Assembly: GCA_029261055.1 (NCBI GenBank)
Contig: JAJDCA010000026.1
Span: 5,747 to 69,746 of the forward strand
Origin: Candidatus Omnitrophota bacterium
GTDB lineage: Bacteria; Omnitrophota; Gorgyraeia; Zapsychrales; Zapsychraceae
Direction of reading: 5' to 3'
DNA: 64,000 nucleotides
A program made the position numbers and the translations under genes. Positions 10,058-19,664 of the stretch are shown in pieces. How positions within the stretch are numbered: position 1 is the stretch's first letter; each line of letters begins with the position of its first letter. The notes beneath the pieces were generated by a model. It was not told the origin of the DNA and searched no databases. It saw only the letters and a program-made list of their open reading frames with translations.

Positions 10058-10933
10058 ATGAAAAAACTCAAATTTGGTTTACCTAAGGGAAGTCTGCAGG
10101 ACGCGACAATTCGGGTGTTTAAGCGCGCGGGATTTAAGATTTATGTCTCAGGGCGGTCGTATTTTCCTACGATTGATGATGTGGAAATCGAACCGGTTCT
10201 TTTAAGAGCCCAGGAGATGTCCCGTTATGTAGAAGAAGGCGCTTTGGATTGTGGTATTACCGGTGCTGATTGGGTGCTGGAGAATCGTTCGAAAGTCGTT
10301 TCTTTGGCTGATTTGGTTTATGCCAAACAAACTTCAGTCAAAGTTCGGTGGGTTTTGGCGGTACCGGAAAAATCATCCATCAAATCGGTTAAAGATTTAA
10401 GCGGTAAAAAAATTGCAACCGAAGTCGTTAATGTGACACAGGAATATTTAAAGAAGAATAAGGTTAAGGCCGATGTGGAGTTCAGTTGGGGTGCTACAGA
10501 GGCAAAGGTGGCGGATGGCTTGGTCGATGCGATTGTGGAGCTGACCGAGACTGGAAGCAGCTTGCGGGCGCATAAGTTGCGTATCATTTCAACTATTTGT
10601 GAGTCCACAACGCAGTTTATCGCTAGCCGACAAGCTGTTAAAGATGCATGGAAAAAGCGCAAAATGGATCAAATTGCCATGCTTCTGAAGGGGGCCATTC
10701 AGGCCAATAATATGGTTGGGTTAAAGATGAATATAGAAGAGAAGAATCTTGATAAAGTTTTAGATCTATTGACGTCTCTGAAAGACCCCACAATATCAAA
10801 TTTGAGTCGTTCAAATTGGCTAGCTGTTGAGACCGTTATTGATGAAAGCATTGTGAGGACGCTTATCCCTAATTTAAAAAGTGCTGGTGCACAGGGGATT
10901 ATTGAGTATCCGTTGAATAAATTGATTTATTAA
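10058..10933 (+). CDS. hisG: ATP phosphoribosyltransferase (long form)
   Basis: [14 protein letters not shown] and SWGATEAKV...[13 protein letters not shown] motifs plus the C-terminal regulatory domain. Start taken at ATG 10058. Confidence 0.95.
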   Translation: MKKLKFGLPKGSLQDATIRVFKRAGFKIYVSGRSYFPTIDDVEIEPVLLRAQEMSRYVEEGALDCGITGADWVLENRSKVVSLADLVYAKQTSVKVRWVLAVPEKSSIKSVKDLSGKKIATEVVNVTQEYLKKNKVKADVEFSWGATEAKVADGLVDAIVELTETGSSLRAHKLRIISTICESTTQFIASRQAVKDAWKKRKMDQIAMLLKGAIQANNMVGLKMNIEEKNLDKVLDLLTSLKDPTISNLSRSNWLAVETVIDESIVRTLIPNLKSAGAQGIIEYPLNKLIY

Positions 10934-10966
10934 ACCGTTATTAATAGTAATAGGAAAAAGTAACAT

Positions 10967-11068
10967 ATGCCGTGTGGTAAAAAGAGAAAAAATCGAAAAA
11001 TTAGAACACATAAGCGTAAAAAATTAAGAAAATCTTTAAGACATCTTAAGAAACGCAAGACGCGATAA
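10967..11068 (+). CDS. Small basic protein, AURKAIP1/COX24 (bS22/mS38-like) family
   Basis: MPCGKKRKNRKIRTHKRKKLRKSLRHLKKRKTR (33 aa), below the ORF-track cutoff. AGGA upstream. Matches the MPxGKKRKRxKxxxHKRKK pattern. Confidence 0.8.
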   Translation: MPCGKKRKNRKIRTHKRKKLRKSLRHLKKRKTR

Positions 11069-11114
11069 GTGGGGGCGCAGGCCGTGCGCTCGTACATAAT
11101 AAAAAGGCAAAGCA

Positions 11115-12125
11115 ATGATATTAAGAAACATAAAAATTTCATTTTGTCTTGTTGTCCTCGTGGCCGGACTGCTCAATGCAGGCCGTGCAGAGGCCTTTTT
11201 CTATCAAAGTAATGTTTCGACTTCTAAAGCTTTAGCGCATTATTCTATGGGGCAGCGTTATGATTTTCTCGGCATGCCGGGAAAAGCAGCCCAAGAATAT
11301 AAATTGGCGATACAGTTTGATAAAGCCAGCTACATGACCCATTTAAGACTTGGGGTTGATTATGTGCGGCTGGGGATGCTTACCGAAGCTGTCGAAGAGT
11401 TTCAACTCGTTAAGAACTACAATCCTGAAGATCTGCAGTCACACTATTTTTTAGCACTCATCTATTCCTCCATAAAAGATTACGATAAAGCTGTCGCCGA
11501 GTATGAATACATTTTAAAAACATACACGAAGGTGGATCCGGAGAATATTGACGTATATGCTCAGCTGGGACAATTATATTATTTGCAGAAAAAATATGAT
11601 GAAGCTGTTCAGCAATACGAAAAGGTTCTTATGATGGATCCGAAAAATGTGGATGTTATGTATCTGGTCGGATCCATTTATTGGGAAGTCGGTCAGAAGC
11701 GCAAGGCTATTAATACGTTGGAGGGTGCTGTAGAGGAATCCCCCGAGCATGCCGGCAGTTTAAACACTCTGGGCTATTTTTATGCCGAAGTTAATGAACA
11801 GCTTGATAAAGCGGTGGATTTGATAATGCGCGCTCTTAAAATCAGCCCTGATAACGGAGGTTATCTCGATAGTTTAGGGTGGGTTTATTACAAAAAAGGT
11901 AGGTATAGTAAGGCATTGGAATTTCTTAAAAAAGCCGATGCGTTACTTAAGGATCCGGTGATTGCAGAGCATATTGGCGATGTTTATTACAAAATGGAAC
12001 GTATGGAAGAGGCTGCTGAATATTGGGGGCAATCTTTGGAACTTTTACCTAATCAGCAAGAAGTTATCGAAAAATTAAATTCTTTAAAGAAATTTCAAAC
12101 CAGTAAGGCCTTAAGCGAAAAATAG
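11115..12125 (+). CDS. Exported tetratricopeptide repeat protein
   Basis: Signal peptide, many TPRs, LNTLGYFYA...YLDSLGWVYYKKG...IAEHIGDVY motif of the TPR protein commonly found beside ispE. Confidence 0.85.
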   Translation: MILRNIKISFCLVVLVAGLLNAGRAEAFFYQSNVSTSKALAHYSMGQRYDFLGMPGKAAQEYKLAIQFDKASYMTHLRLGVDYVRLGMLTEAVEEFQLVKNYNPEDLQSHYFLALIYSSIKDYDKAVAEYEYILKTYTKVDPENIDVYAQLGQLYYLQKKYDEAVQQYEKVLMMDPKNVDVMYLVGSIYWEVGQKRKAINTLEGAVEESPEHAGSLNTLGYFYAEVNEQLDKAVDLIMRALKISPDNGGYLDSLGWVYYKKGRYSKALEFLKKADALLKDPVIAEHIGDVYYKMERMEEAAEYWGQSLELLPNQQEVIEKLNSLKKFQTSKALSEK

Positions 12126-12161
12126 CTTCCTTAGTTCTTATGACACGTTAGACTGCCTGTA

Positions 12162-13043
12162 ATGCCGAAAATTTCTCTTCTATCACCTGCCAAACTCAAT
12201 CTTTATCTTAAAGTCCTTAATAAGCGACCCGATGGGTTTCATGATATTGTCACTTTATTTGAGCGTATTGATCTATGTGATGAAATATCCATAAGTTCAA
12301 ATACCCATAAAAATGGCGATATTCGTATTTATTGTGATCATCCCCAGGTGCCTTTAGGTCCTAAAAACTTGGTCCATCAGGCGACGCGTTTGATACAACA
12401 GTCTACCGGCATTCAAAAAGGGGTAGAAATTAAGATTAAAAAGCGTATTCCCGTTGCGGCGGGTTTAGCGGGAGGGTCCAGTAACGCGGCAACGGTTCTT
12501 TTGGGGCTTAATCAGATTTGGAAATTAGGGTTAAGCAGGCAAAAATTGGTGTCGTATGCCCAGAAGCTCGGGAGTGATGTTGCATTTTTCTTGTATGATG
12601 CTCCATTTGGTTTAGGCACAGGTCGAGGGGAGAAAATCAAGAAATTTAATGTTAAAACAGAATTATGGCATGTTGTGATTGTGCCGCGAATTAAGATGTA
12701 TTCATGGAAGGTTTACGGCGAGCTTTCACTAATAGGGCGCAGCAAATTGCAGTTGACAAAAATACACGATAATGTTAACATCCTGCTCCATTATTTGAAG
12801 CAAAATGATCTTTTTGCTTTGGCACGTATGGTAGACAATGATTTAGAACCTGTAGTGGTAGGTCTATGTCCGAAAATTCTAAAGTTACAAAAGCGACTAA
12901 AGTCATTGAATGCTAAAGGAGTTATGATATCTGGCAGTGGACCAAGCGTATTTGGCACCTTTGAAAACGAACAGGAAGCCAAGCAAGTTTGTTCCATCAT
13001 GCAACGGACTTATTCACAAGTATATGTTGTGAAAAATTCATAA
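12162..13043 (+). CDS. ispE: 4-diphosphocytidyl-2-C-methyl-D-erythritol kinase
   Basis: SPAKLNLYL, KRIPVAAGLAGGSSNAA, LGSDV and ISGSGPSVF motifs. Confidence 0.95.
   Translation: MPKISLLSPAKLNLYLKVLNKRPDGFHDIVTLFERIDLCDEISISSNTHKNGDIRIYCDHPQVPLGPKNLVHQATRLIQQSTGIQKGVEIKIKKRIPVAAGLAGGSSNAATVLLGLNQIWKLGLSRQKLVSYAQKLGSDVAFFLYDAPFGLGTGRGEKIKKFNVKTELWHVVIVPRIKMYSWKVYGELSLIGRSKLQLTKIHDNVNILLHYLKQNDLFALARMVDNDLEPVVVGLCPKILKLQKRLKSLNAKGVMISGSGPSVFGTFENEQEAKQVCSIMQRTYSQVYVVKNS
12753..12781 (+). promoter_or_regulatory. Probable promoter inside ispE for tRNA-Gln/glmU/prs
   Basis: TTGACA-17 nt-TAACAT with a TGn extension. Confidence 0.5.
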
Positions 13044-13047
13044 ATTT

Positions 13048-13121
13048 TGCCCGGTAGTGTAATGGTAACACACGAGAATTTGGATCTCGTTTTCCAGGTT
13101 CGAGTCCTGGCTGGGCAGCCA
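13048..13121 (+). tRNA. tRNA-Gln(TTG)
   Basis: Acceptor TGCCCGG/CTGGGCA, anticodon stem CGAGA/TCTCG with loop ATTTGGA, T arm CCAGG-TTCGAGT-CCTGG, encoded CCA. Confidence 0.95.
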
Positions 13122-13200
13122 ATTTTTAATTAAGAGATTGGCCAAAAAAATTATTCTGCCAATCTCCAAAGCGGGTTTAATTTTCCAAGGTAGTTTATTT

Positions 13201-14460
13201 ATGCAAGAACTGAATACTATAATTTTAGCGGCAGGAAAAGGGACCCGGATGAAATCTGACACGCCTAAGGTGCTTCATCAGGTGTGTGGTAAACCTATGT
13301 TGCAATATGTGTTGGATATCTCTAAATCTGTGGGATCTTTAAAGACATGTGTTGTTCTTGGACATAAATGTGATTCAGTGAAAGATTTTTTATCTAAAGA
13401 TTTTCTTACGGTTGAGCAGAAAAAGTTGTTGGGTACGGCTGATGCGGTGAAATGTACAGAAAAATATTTTAAGAATCATAAAGGTAATGTTTTAATTCTT
13501 TGCGGCGACACCCCTTTGTTGAACAAATCGGTTATTAAAAATATTGTCAAACGGCATAAAAAACGCGAAGCGGTTTGCACATTTTTAACAGCGGTTGTCC
13601 ATAATCCAGAAGGGTATGGCCGAATTATTCGTGATGAAAGTGGAAAAGTTGTCGCGATACGTGAAGATAACGATGCTGTCGGGCTTGAGCGGGATCTTGC
13701 TGAAATTAATGTTGGTGTATATTGTTTCAAAGCGCAGGAATTGTTTAAGGCCTTGAAAGAAATTAAAATTAATAAAAAGAAAAAAGAATTTTATCTTACG
13801 GATATTATTGAATTATTTTATGAAAAACAATTTAAGATAGAAACAATTGAGACTGAAAATCCTTCTGAGGGGTTAGGTATTAATACAAGAGAAGGTTTAG
13901 CTGAAGCCGAGGCTATCCTTCGTCGTAAAATATTGAAACGATTTATGTCCGATGGCGTAACGATTATGGATCCACAAACGGTTTATATTGACTCCGAGGT
14001 GAAAATTGGTCGAGACACGATTATTAAACCTTTTACGTTTATTGAAAAAAATGTGAAGGTTGGTGCACGTTGCTCGATAGGCCCATTTGCGCGGCTTCGT
14101 TCGGGTGCCAGAATAGAGGATGATGTAGAGATAGGTAATTTTACTGAAATATCCCGAACTAAAATAGGCAAACGCAGTATGATGAAACATTTTAGTTATC
14201 TGGGGGATGCTGACGTTGGAAGTGATGTTAATATTGGAGCAGGCGCCATTACTGCAAACTTTGACGGGGTGGAAAAGAATTTAACCAAAATATCAGATGG
14301 GGCTTTTATCGGCTGTGATTCCATTATGATCGCACCGGTAAAAATTGGAAAACAAGCGATTGTCGGTGCTGGAAGTGTTGTAAGTAAGAAAAAAAATGTT
14401 CCGGATTACAGCGTTGCTGTTGGAGCTCCGGCGAGAATCATATCAAAAAGGAAGGCTTAG
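13201..14460 (+). CDS. glmU: Bifunctional UDP-GlcNAc pyrophosphorylase / glucosamine-1-P acetyltransferase
   Basis: ILAAGKGTRMKS, LGTADA, EFYLTD and hexapeptide repeats (GPFARLR, HFSYLGDA). Start taken at ATG 13201. Confidence 0.92.
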   Translation: MQELNTIILAAGKGTRMKSDTPKVLHQVCGKPMLQYVLDISKSVGSLKTCVVLGHKCDSVKDFLSKDFLTVEQKKLLGTADAVKCTEKYFKNHKGNVLILCGDTPLLNKSVIKNIVKRHKKREAVCTFLTAVVHNPEGYGRIIRDESGKVVAIREDNDAVGLERDLAEINVGVYCFKAQELFKALKEIKINKKKKEFYLTDIIELFYEKQFKIETIETENPSEGLGINTREGLAEAEAILRRKILKRFMSDGVTIMDPQTVYIDSEVKIGRDTIIKPFTFIEKNVKVGARCSIGPFARLRSGARIEDDVEIGNFTEISRTKIGKRSMMKHFSYLGDADVGSDVNIGAGAITANFDGVEKNLTKISDGAFIGCDSIMIAPVKIGKQAIVGAGSVVSKKKNVPDYSVAVGAPARIISKRKA

Positions 14461-14463
14461 AAT

Positions 14464-15414
14464 ATGAAGGGTTTAGCTGTACTTACAGGAAATGCACATC
14501 CGCATTTAGCAAAAGATATTTGTTCAGTTTTGGGTATTCCGTTGATAGATGTTTTAGCTTCGCGATTTAGTGAAGGTGAAATTCGTGTTGAGATTAAAGA
14601 AAATATTCGCGGAAAAGATGTTTTTATTATTCAGCCTACCTGCCCCCCCACTAATGATAATTTGATGGAATTGCTGATTTTGATTGATGCTGCGCGGCGT
14701 GCTTCAGCTCAAAGGATTACGGCGGTTGTTCCGTATTATGGGTATGCTCGTCAGGATCGTAAAGATCAACCACGCGTGCCGATTACGGCAAAATTGGTAG
14801 CTAATTTGATTGTGGCGGCCGGCGCTCAAAGAGTACTCACCATGGATTTACATGCGAATCAGATTCAGGGGTTTTTTGATATTCCTGTGGATCATTTGTA
14901 CGGCATTAATCCTCTTTGTGAATATTTTAATAATAAAAAATTAGAAAATTTAGTTGTTGTGTCACCGGATGTCGGTGGAATTAAAATGGCCCGAGCTTAT
15001 GCCGGTCGGTTGGGGGCTGGGTTGGCCATTGTTGATAAGCGTCGCGATAATCCTGAGGAAACCGAAGTGATGCATATTCTTGGGGAAGTAGAAGGTAAAA
15101 ATGCTATTCTCGTTGATGATATTGTGGCCACAGCGGGATCTTTAATTAATGCTGTTGGAGCGTTAAAAGAAAAAGGCGTAAAAGATGTTTATGCTGCGAT
15201 TAGCCATGGTATTCTTTCGGGCAGTGCTATCAATCGTTTAAAAAAATGTCCTGCGCTTAAAGAATTGGTTATTACGGATAGCATCCCTTTAGAGGATTCG
15301 AAAAAGATTTCTAATATAAAGGTGGTAACAACGGCTAATTTATTGGCGGAAGCTATTCAACGTATTCATGATGAAGAGTCAATAAGTTGTTTATTTGATA
15401 AAGTAAAAGCGTAA
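14464..15414 (+). CDS. prs: Ribose-phosphate pyrophosphokinase
   Basis: PYYGYARQDRK, DLHANQIQGFF, VSPDVGG and VDDIVATAGS motifs. Confidence 0.97.
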   Translation: MKGLAVLTGNAHPHLAKDICSVLGIPLIDVLASRFSEGEIRVEIKENIRGKDVFIIQPTCPPTNDNLMELLILIDAARRASAQRITAVVPYYGYARQDRKDQPRVPITAKLVANLIVAAGAQRVLTMDLHANQIQGFFDIPVDHLYGINPLCEYFNNKKLENLVVVSPDVGGIKMARAYAGRLGAGLAIVDKRRDNPEETEVMHILGEVEGKNAILVDDIVATAGSLINAVGALKEKGVKDVYAAISHGILSGSAINRLKKCPALKELVITDSIPLEDSKKISNIKVVTTANLLAEAIQRIHDEESISCLFDKVKA

Positions 15415-15440
15415 CTACAATTAATGGGAGTTTATGAAAA

Positions 15441-16136
15441 ATGGAAGAGATAAAATTAGATGTTCAGATTAGAAATCAAATTGGAAGGCGAAAAGTAAAA
15501 GTTGTTCGTCAAGAAAATTTTATACCGGCTATTGTGTACGGCGGAGAAAGAAAAGAGCCGACTGCGATTAAGGTTGACCGGAGATCTTATGAGAAAATCA
15601 TGCGTGTTCATAAGGGGGAAAGCGTTGTTTTTCATCTTAGTGTGATGGAGAATGATAAAAAATTAAGGGATTATGCTGCAATTGTTAAAGAAGAACAGCA
15701 TCATCCTGTGAGCGAGTCCTTATTGCATATTGATTTTAACCGTATTTCTTTGACGAAAGAAATTGAGGTGAAGGTTCCAGTTATTCCACGAGGAGAAGCT
15801 ATTGGGGTTAAGAAAGATGGCGGTTCGTTAGATTCTCCGTTACGAGAATTAGATATTGTATGTTTGCCGACAAATATTCCAGCTAATATAGAGATTGATA
15901 TTAGTGCTTTAAATATCGGCGATGTGATTCATGTTAAAGATATTGTTTTGCCTGAAAATGTTAAGACAAATCATGATCCTGAGTCTATTGTGGTTTCTGT
16001 GGTTCCTTCTATGAAAGAGGAAGCTGCCGAACCTGTCGGTGAGGTTGGTCCAGAGGAGCCTGAAGTTATAAAAGAGAAGAAAGAAAAAGAAGTGACAGCA
16101 GAAAAAGAATCAGGAAAGAATGCAGAGGAGAAATAA
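15441..16136 (+). CDS. rplY: 50S ribosomal protein L25/Ctc
   Basis: IPAIVYGG, LHIDF and GVKKDGG motifs; located after prs. Confidence 0.95.
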   Translation: MEEIKLDVQIRNQIGRRKVKVVRQENFIPAIVYGGERKEPTAIKVDRRSYEKIMRVHKGESVVFHLSVMENDKKLRDYAAIVKEEQHHPVSESLLHIDFNRISLTKEIEVKVPVIPRGEAIGVKKDGGSLDSPLRELDIVCLPTNIPANIEIDISALNIGDVIHVKDIVLPENVKTNHDPESIVVSVVPSMKEEAAEPVGEVGPEEPEVIKEKKEKEVTAEKESGKNAEEK

Positions 16137-16728
16137 ATTAATTGTTGGACTTGGGAATCCTGGAAAAGATTATGAGTATACAAGGCATAATCTTGGGTTT
16201 TTAGTTGTACGGCAATTAGCAGATCGCATTAATGCTTCCTTTCGATTGAGTTCTTTCACAAATGGTTTGGTGGCAGAAGGCCAAGCTAAATATAGAAATT
16301 TAAATTTATTATTGCCGCTGACGTATATGAATAATTCCGGCGTGGCTGTTAAATCTGTTATAGCTAAAAAGCAATTGGCTATTGAAAATATTTTGGTTGT
16401 ATGTGATGATTTAAATTTAAATTTTGGTCAATTACGTTTAAAGCAAAAAGGACGTGATGGAGGTCACAATGGTTTGAAGTCTATCATGCGTCATCTCGAT
16501 TCAAACCAATTTGCGCGATTGCGGATGGGAATTATTGGAGATACGAATTGTGGCACAGCGCAGGCAGTTAAAAATCGAGATACGACGGACTTTGTTTTAG
16601 GGGAATTCACAAAACAGGAAAGTAAGCAGTTAGAAAACTTTATTAGCAGGGCTGTAGATTGTTGTCTTGTATGGCAGCAAGAAGGTACTACGAAAGCCAT
16701 GTCAGAATTTAATGGTAAGGGAACTTAA
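16120..16728 (+). CDS. pth: Peptidyl-tRNA hydrolase
   Basis: LIVGLGNPG, TRHNLGF, TYMNNSG and GGHNGLKSI motifs. Confidence 0.95.
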   Translation: MQRRNKLIVGLGNPGKDYEYTRHNLGFLVVRQLADRINASFRLSSFTNGLVAEGQAKYRNLNLLLPLTYMNNSGVAVKSVIAKKQLAIENILVVCDDLNLNFGQLRLKQKGRDGGHNGLKSIMRHLDSNQFARLRMGIIGDTNCGTAQAVKNRDTTDFVLGEFTKQESKQLENFISRAVDCCLVWQQEGTTKAMSEFNGKGT

Positions 16729-16742
16729 TCAAAGGAAAGAAA

Positions 16743-17048
16743 ATGGAAAACACACTAATACTTAGAAAATATGAATTGATGTTTATTGTTGATGCACAAT
16801 TAACAAATGAGGACAAGGAAGATGTTCGTAAAGTTGTCGTCGAAATTATAAAAAAAGGAGGTGGTAAGGTCATTAATAGTCAGGTATGGCAGGAAAAGCA
16901 TAAATTTACTTTTCCAATTAAAAAGCTCAATGAAGGAGCTTATTTTATTATTAATTTTGAAGGAGAAGGTGATTGTATTGAAAAAATACAGCCAATATTG
17001 AAACTTAACGAAAAGGTTCTTCGGTTTATGACTAAGAAGGTTGATTAA
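16743..17048 (+). CDS. rpsF: 30S ribosomal protein S6
   Basis: RKYELMFIV...FPIKK..EGAY...VLRF; rpsF-ssb-rpsR order. Confidence 0.92.
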   Translation: MENTLILRKYELMFIVDAQLTNEDKEDVRKVVVEIIKKGGGKVINSQVWQEKHKFTFPIKKLNEGAYFIINFEGEGDCIEKIQPILKLNEKVLRFMTKKVD

Positions 17049-17091
17049 CACGAAAGAATGGTTATGGAATTTAGTTTATAAGGAGGAGTAA

Positions 17092-17538
17092 ATGGCGAAT
17101 TTAAATAAGGTATTTTTAATCGGAAATTTAACTCGAGACCCGGAATTACGATATACTCCGGGTGGAACAGCTGTGGCAAATTTGGGCTTGGCTGTTAATA
17201 GAAAATTTAAAGATAGTACGGGTGAATTGAAAGAAGAGGTTTGTTTTTTAACTGTTACAGTTTGGGATAAGCAGGCTGAGGCTTGTTGCCAATATTTAGT
17301 GAAAGGGCGACCTGTTTTTGTTGAAGGTGTTCTTCAATCAAGATTTTGGGAGACATCTGATGGTCAAAAGCGTAGTGCTATTGATGTACGGGCTGAACGC
17401 GTTCAGTTTTTAGGAAGCTATGGTGGGGGTAAAGAAAAAGATACAGAGAAAACAGAGAAAGCAACGGGAGAAACTGTTGCTGCTGGATCTAATCAAAGCG
17501 AAACCATTAAACCTGAAGATGTTGTTTGGGATGAGTAA
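17092..17538 (+). CDS. ssb: Single-stranded DNA-binding protein
   Basis: NKVFLIGNLTRDPELRYTP OB fold and an acidic tail. Confidence 0.97.
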   Translation: MANLNKVFLIGNLTRDPELRYTPGGTAVANLGLAVNRKFKDSTGELKEEVCFLTVTVWDKQAEACCQYLVKGRPVFVEGVLQSRFWETSDGQKRSAIDVRAERVQFLGSYGGGKEKDTEKTEKATGETVAAGSNQSETIKPEDVVWDE

Positions 17539-17540
17539 AA

Positions 17541-17566
17541 CATAGAGACGCCATTTATGGCGTCTC
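17541..17566. repeat. REP copy (RAYT family) after ssb
   Basis: CATAGAGACGCCATTTATGGCGTCTC, same core as 7359-7386. Confidence 0.85.
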
Positions 17567-17606
17567 ATTTAAAGTTAATTAAAAAGAGAGGAGGATAGTT
17601 ATTTTG

Positions 17607-17864
17607 ATGAATAAAAGTTTTAAAAAAAACAAAACAAAAAGAAGAACTAATCGGCTAAGAAATACACTTAAATATCAAATGCCAAAAGATGCCGATATTG
17701 ATTATAAGAATGTAAACTTGATACAAAAATATTTAACGGATCGTGGAAAGATTGTCCCACGACGAATTTCCGGTGTCACAGCTAAGGAACAAAGACAACT
17801 AGCTGATGCCATAAAGCGTGCACGGTTTTTGGCTTTATTACCGGTTGGAGGAGTTAGAAAATAA
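17607..17864 (+). CDS. rpsR: 30S ribosomal protein S18
   Basis: IDYKN...[11 protein letters not shown]...[18 protein letters not shown]. Confidence 0.95.
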   Translation: MNKSFKKNKTKRRTNRLRNTLKYQMPKDADIDYKNVNLIQKYLTDRGKIVPRRISGVTAKEQRQLADAIKRARFLALLPVGGVRK

Positions 17865-18307
17865 TGGAAGTAATATTATCTCAAGATGTACAAGATGTTG
17901 GAAAAGTTGGTGAGGTTATTAAAGTTAAAGATGGTTATGCTCGAAATTTTCTTATACCTCGGAAGTTAGCTTTTTTTGCAACAAAGGGGAATTTAAAAAG
18001 GGTTGAATCTCAAGAGAAGAAACGAAAAACCCAATTTGAGCAAGAGAAAAAGAAGGCTGAAGATTTAGCACAAAAGCTAAGTAAGGTTTCTTGTACGGTC
18101 AATGTAGAGGTCAATGATCTGAATAAGTTGTATGGTGCTATTAGTGAGCCAGACATTGCGAAGGCTTTGGAAGTCGAAGGTTTTACCATTGATCGAAAAG
18201 ATATCATCATCGAAAAGCCTATTGAAGAATTAGGTATTTTTGAGGTGGGTGTTAAACTTCATTCTGAAGTAACCGCGAAAATACGTTTATGGGTCACCAA
18301 AAAATAA
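17864..18307 (+). CDS. rplI: 50S ribosomal protein L9
   Basis: VKDGYARNFLIP and KLYGAI motifs. Confidence 0.96.
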   Translation: MEVILSQDVQDVGKVGEVIKVKDGYARNFLIPRKLAFFATKGNLKRVESQEKKRKTQFEQEKKKAEDLAQKLSKVSCTVNVEVNDLNKLYGAISEPDIAKALEVEGFTIDRKDIIIEKPIEELGIFEVGVKLHSEVTAKIRLWVTKK

Positions 18308-19620
18308 AAGTCCCCCCCCAGAACATTGACGCAGAGAAATCTGTTTTAGGCGCCATGCTTATTGATGAGGACGCCATTGGCTTTGCTGTTGAAATTCTAA
18401 ATGAAGCGTGGTTTTATGAGCACTCCCACCGTACTATTTTTCGGGCGATAACTGATCTTTATCAGGGCCGAAAAAATGTCGATCTCATTACACTTTCCGA
18501 TCAATTAAAAAACGATGGGCTTCTTGAGCAGATTGGAGGTTCAACGTACCTTTCCGAACTTATTGATTTTGTTCCTACGGCAGCCAATGTCGAGCATTAT
18601 GCGCGCATAGTCAAAGAAAAGGGTATTTTGCGGAAGCTTATTCAAAATGCTACGTCTATCGTTACAGAAAGCTATGATGTTAAAACCACTATCGAAGATG
18701 TTGTAGATAACGCAGAACGTCTTATTTTTGAGATTGCTGATTTAAAACAAAGCCAAAAGTCTGTTCATATCAAAGACCTTGTGAAGGAAGGGATTGAAAC
18801 GATTGATAAATTGTATCAACGTAAGGAGCATCTTACGGGCATTGAAACTAAGTTTTCTAAACTTGATCAAATGACTTCAGGATTACAAAAGTCAGATTTG
18901 ATTATTCTTGCCGCCCGTCCATCTATGGGGAAAACGGCATTGGCCATTTCTATTGCTGAAAATGTGAGTGTTGGGAACGATGTCGGCGTTGCTGTTTTTA
19001 GTCTTGAGATGTCAAAAGAACAGTTGGTTCAGCGTATGTTGTGTTCACAGGCTCGTGTTGATGCCCATAAAGTACGGTCTGGTTTTTTGTCGCCTGCAGA
19101 TTGGCCAAAATTGACAGCGGCCGCCGGAAAGCTTTCATCATCAAAAATATTTATTGACGATACGCCTGCCATTACTGTATTGGAGTTACGCGCAAAAGCG
19201 AGGAGATTAAAGGCGCAAAATGATATTCAACTTATTATTTTGGACTATATTCAGCTTATGCGCAGTGTCCATAAGACAGATAATCGTCAGCAGGAAATTT
19301 CTGAAATTTCACGTTCTTTAAAAGCTTTGGCCCGTGAGTTAAGTATTCCTATGGTTGTTTTAAGTCAGTTGTCCAGGGCCGTTGAATCCAGGCAAGATAA
19401 AAGACCTCAACTTTCTGACTTGCGTGAATCTGGTGCTATTGAGCAGGATGCCGATGTTGTTGTATTGCTTATGCGTGAAGAATATTACAATCCGACGGAA
19501 GAGAACGCTGGGGTTACCGATTTGATTATTGCGAAACAGCGAAATGGCCCGGTTGGAACTGTAAAGCTTTCATTTGTAAAGGAATACATGCGCTTTGAAA
19601 ATCTTGCACATGTTGATTGA
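18289..19620 (+). CDS. dnaB: Replicative DNA helicase
   Basis: PPQNIDAEKSVLG, AARPSMGKT, LSQLSR and DLRESGAIEQDAD motifs; no intein. Confidence 0.97.
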   Translation: MGHQKIKVPPQNIDAEKSVLGAMLIDEDAIGFAVEILNEAWFYEHSHRTIFRAITDLYQGRKNVDLITLSDQLKNDGLLEQIGGSTYLSELIDFVPTAANVEHYARIVKEKGILRKLIQNATSIVTESYDVKTTIEDVVDNAERLIFEIADLKQSQKSVHIKDLVKEGIETIDKLYQRKEHLTGIETKFSKLDQMTSGLQKSDLIILAARPSMGKTALAISIAENVSVGNDVGVAVFSLEMSKEQLVQRMLCSQARVDAHKVRSGFLSPADWPKLTAAAGKLSSSKIFIDDTPAITVLELRAKARRLKAQNDIQLIILDYIQLMRSVHKTDNRQQEISEISRSLKALARELSIPMVVLSQLSRAVESRQDKRPQLSDLRESGAIEQDADVVVLLMREEYYNPTEENAGVTDLIIAKQRNGPVGTVKLSFVKEYMRFENLAHVD

Positions 19621-19645
19621 CAGGCAAGAATAATAATTCTATAAT
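19617..19645 (+). promoter_or_regulatory. Consensus sigma70 promoter for the bamA operon
   Basis: TTGACA-17 nt-TATAAT. Confidence 0.75.
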
Positions 19646-19664
19646 CAATCCGAAAAAAACATTG

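Noticed and set aside
13048-13121. Prophage or island integrated at tRNA-Gln
   Set aside because: glmU follows directly; no integrase and no duplicated tRNA 3' end seen in the window.
18289-19620. Intein in DnaB
   Set aside because: Normal length (443 aa) with contiguous motifs.
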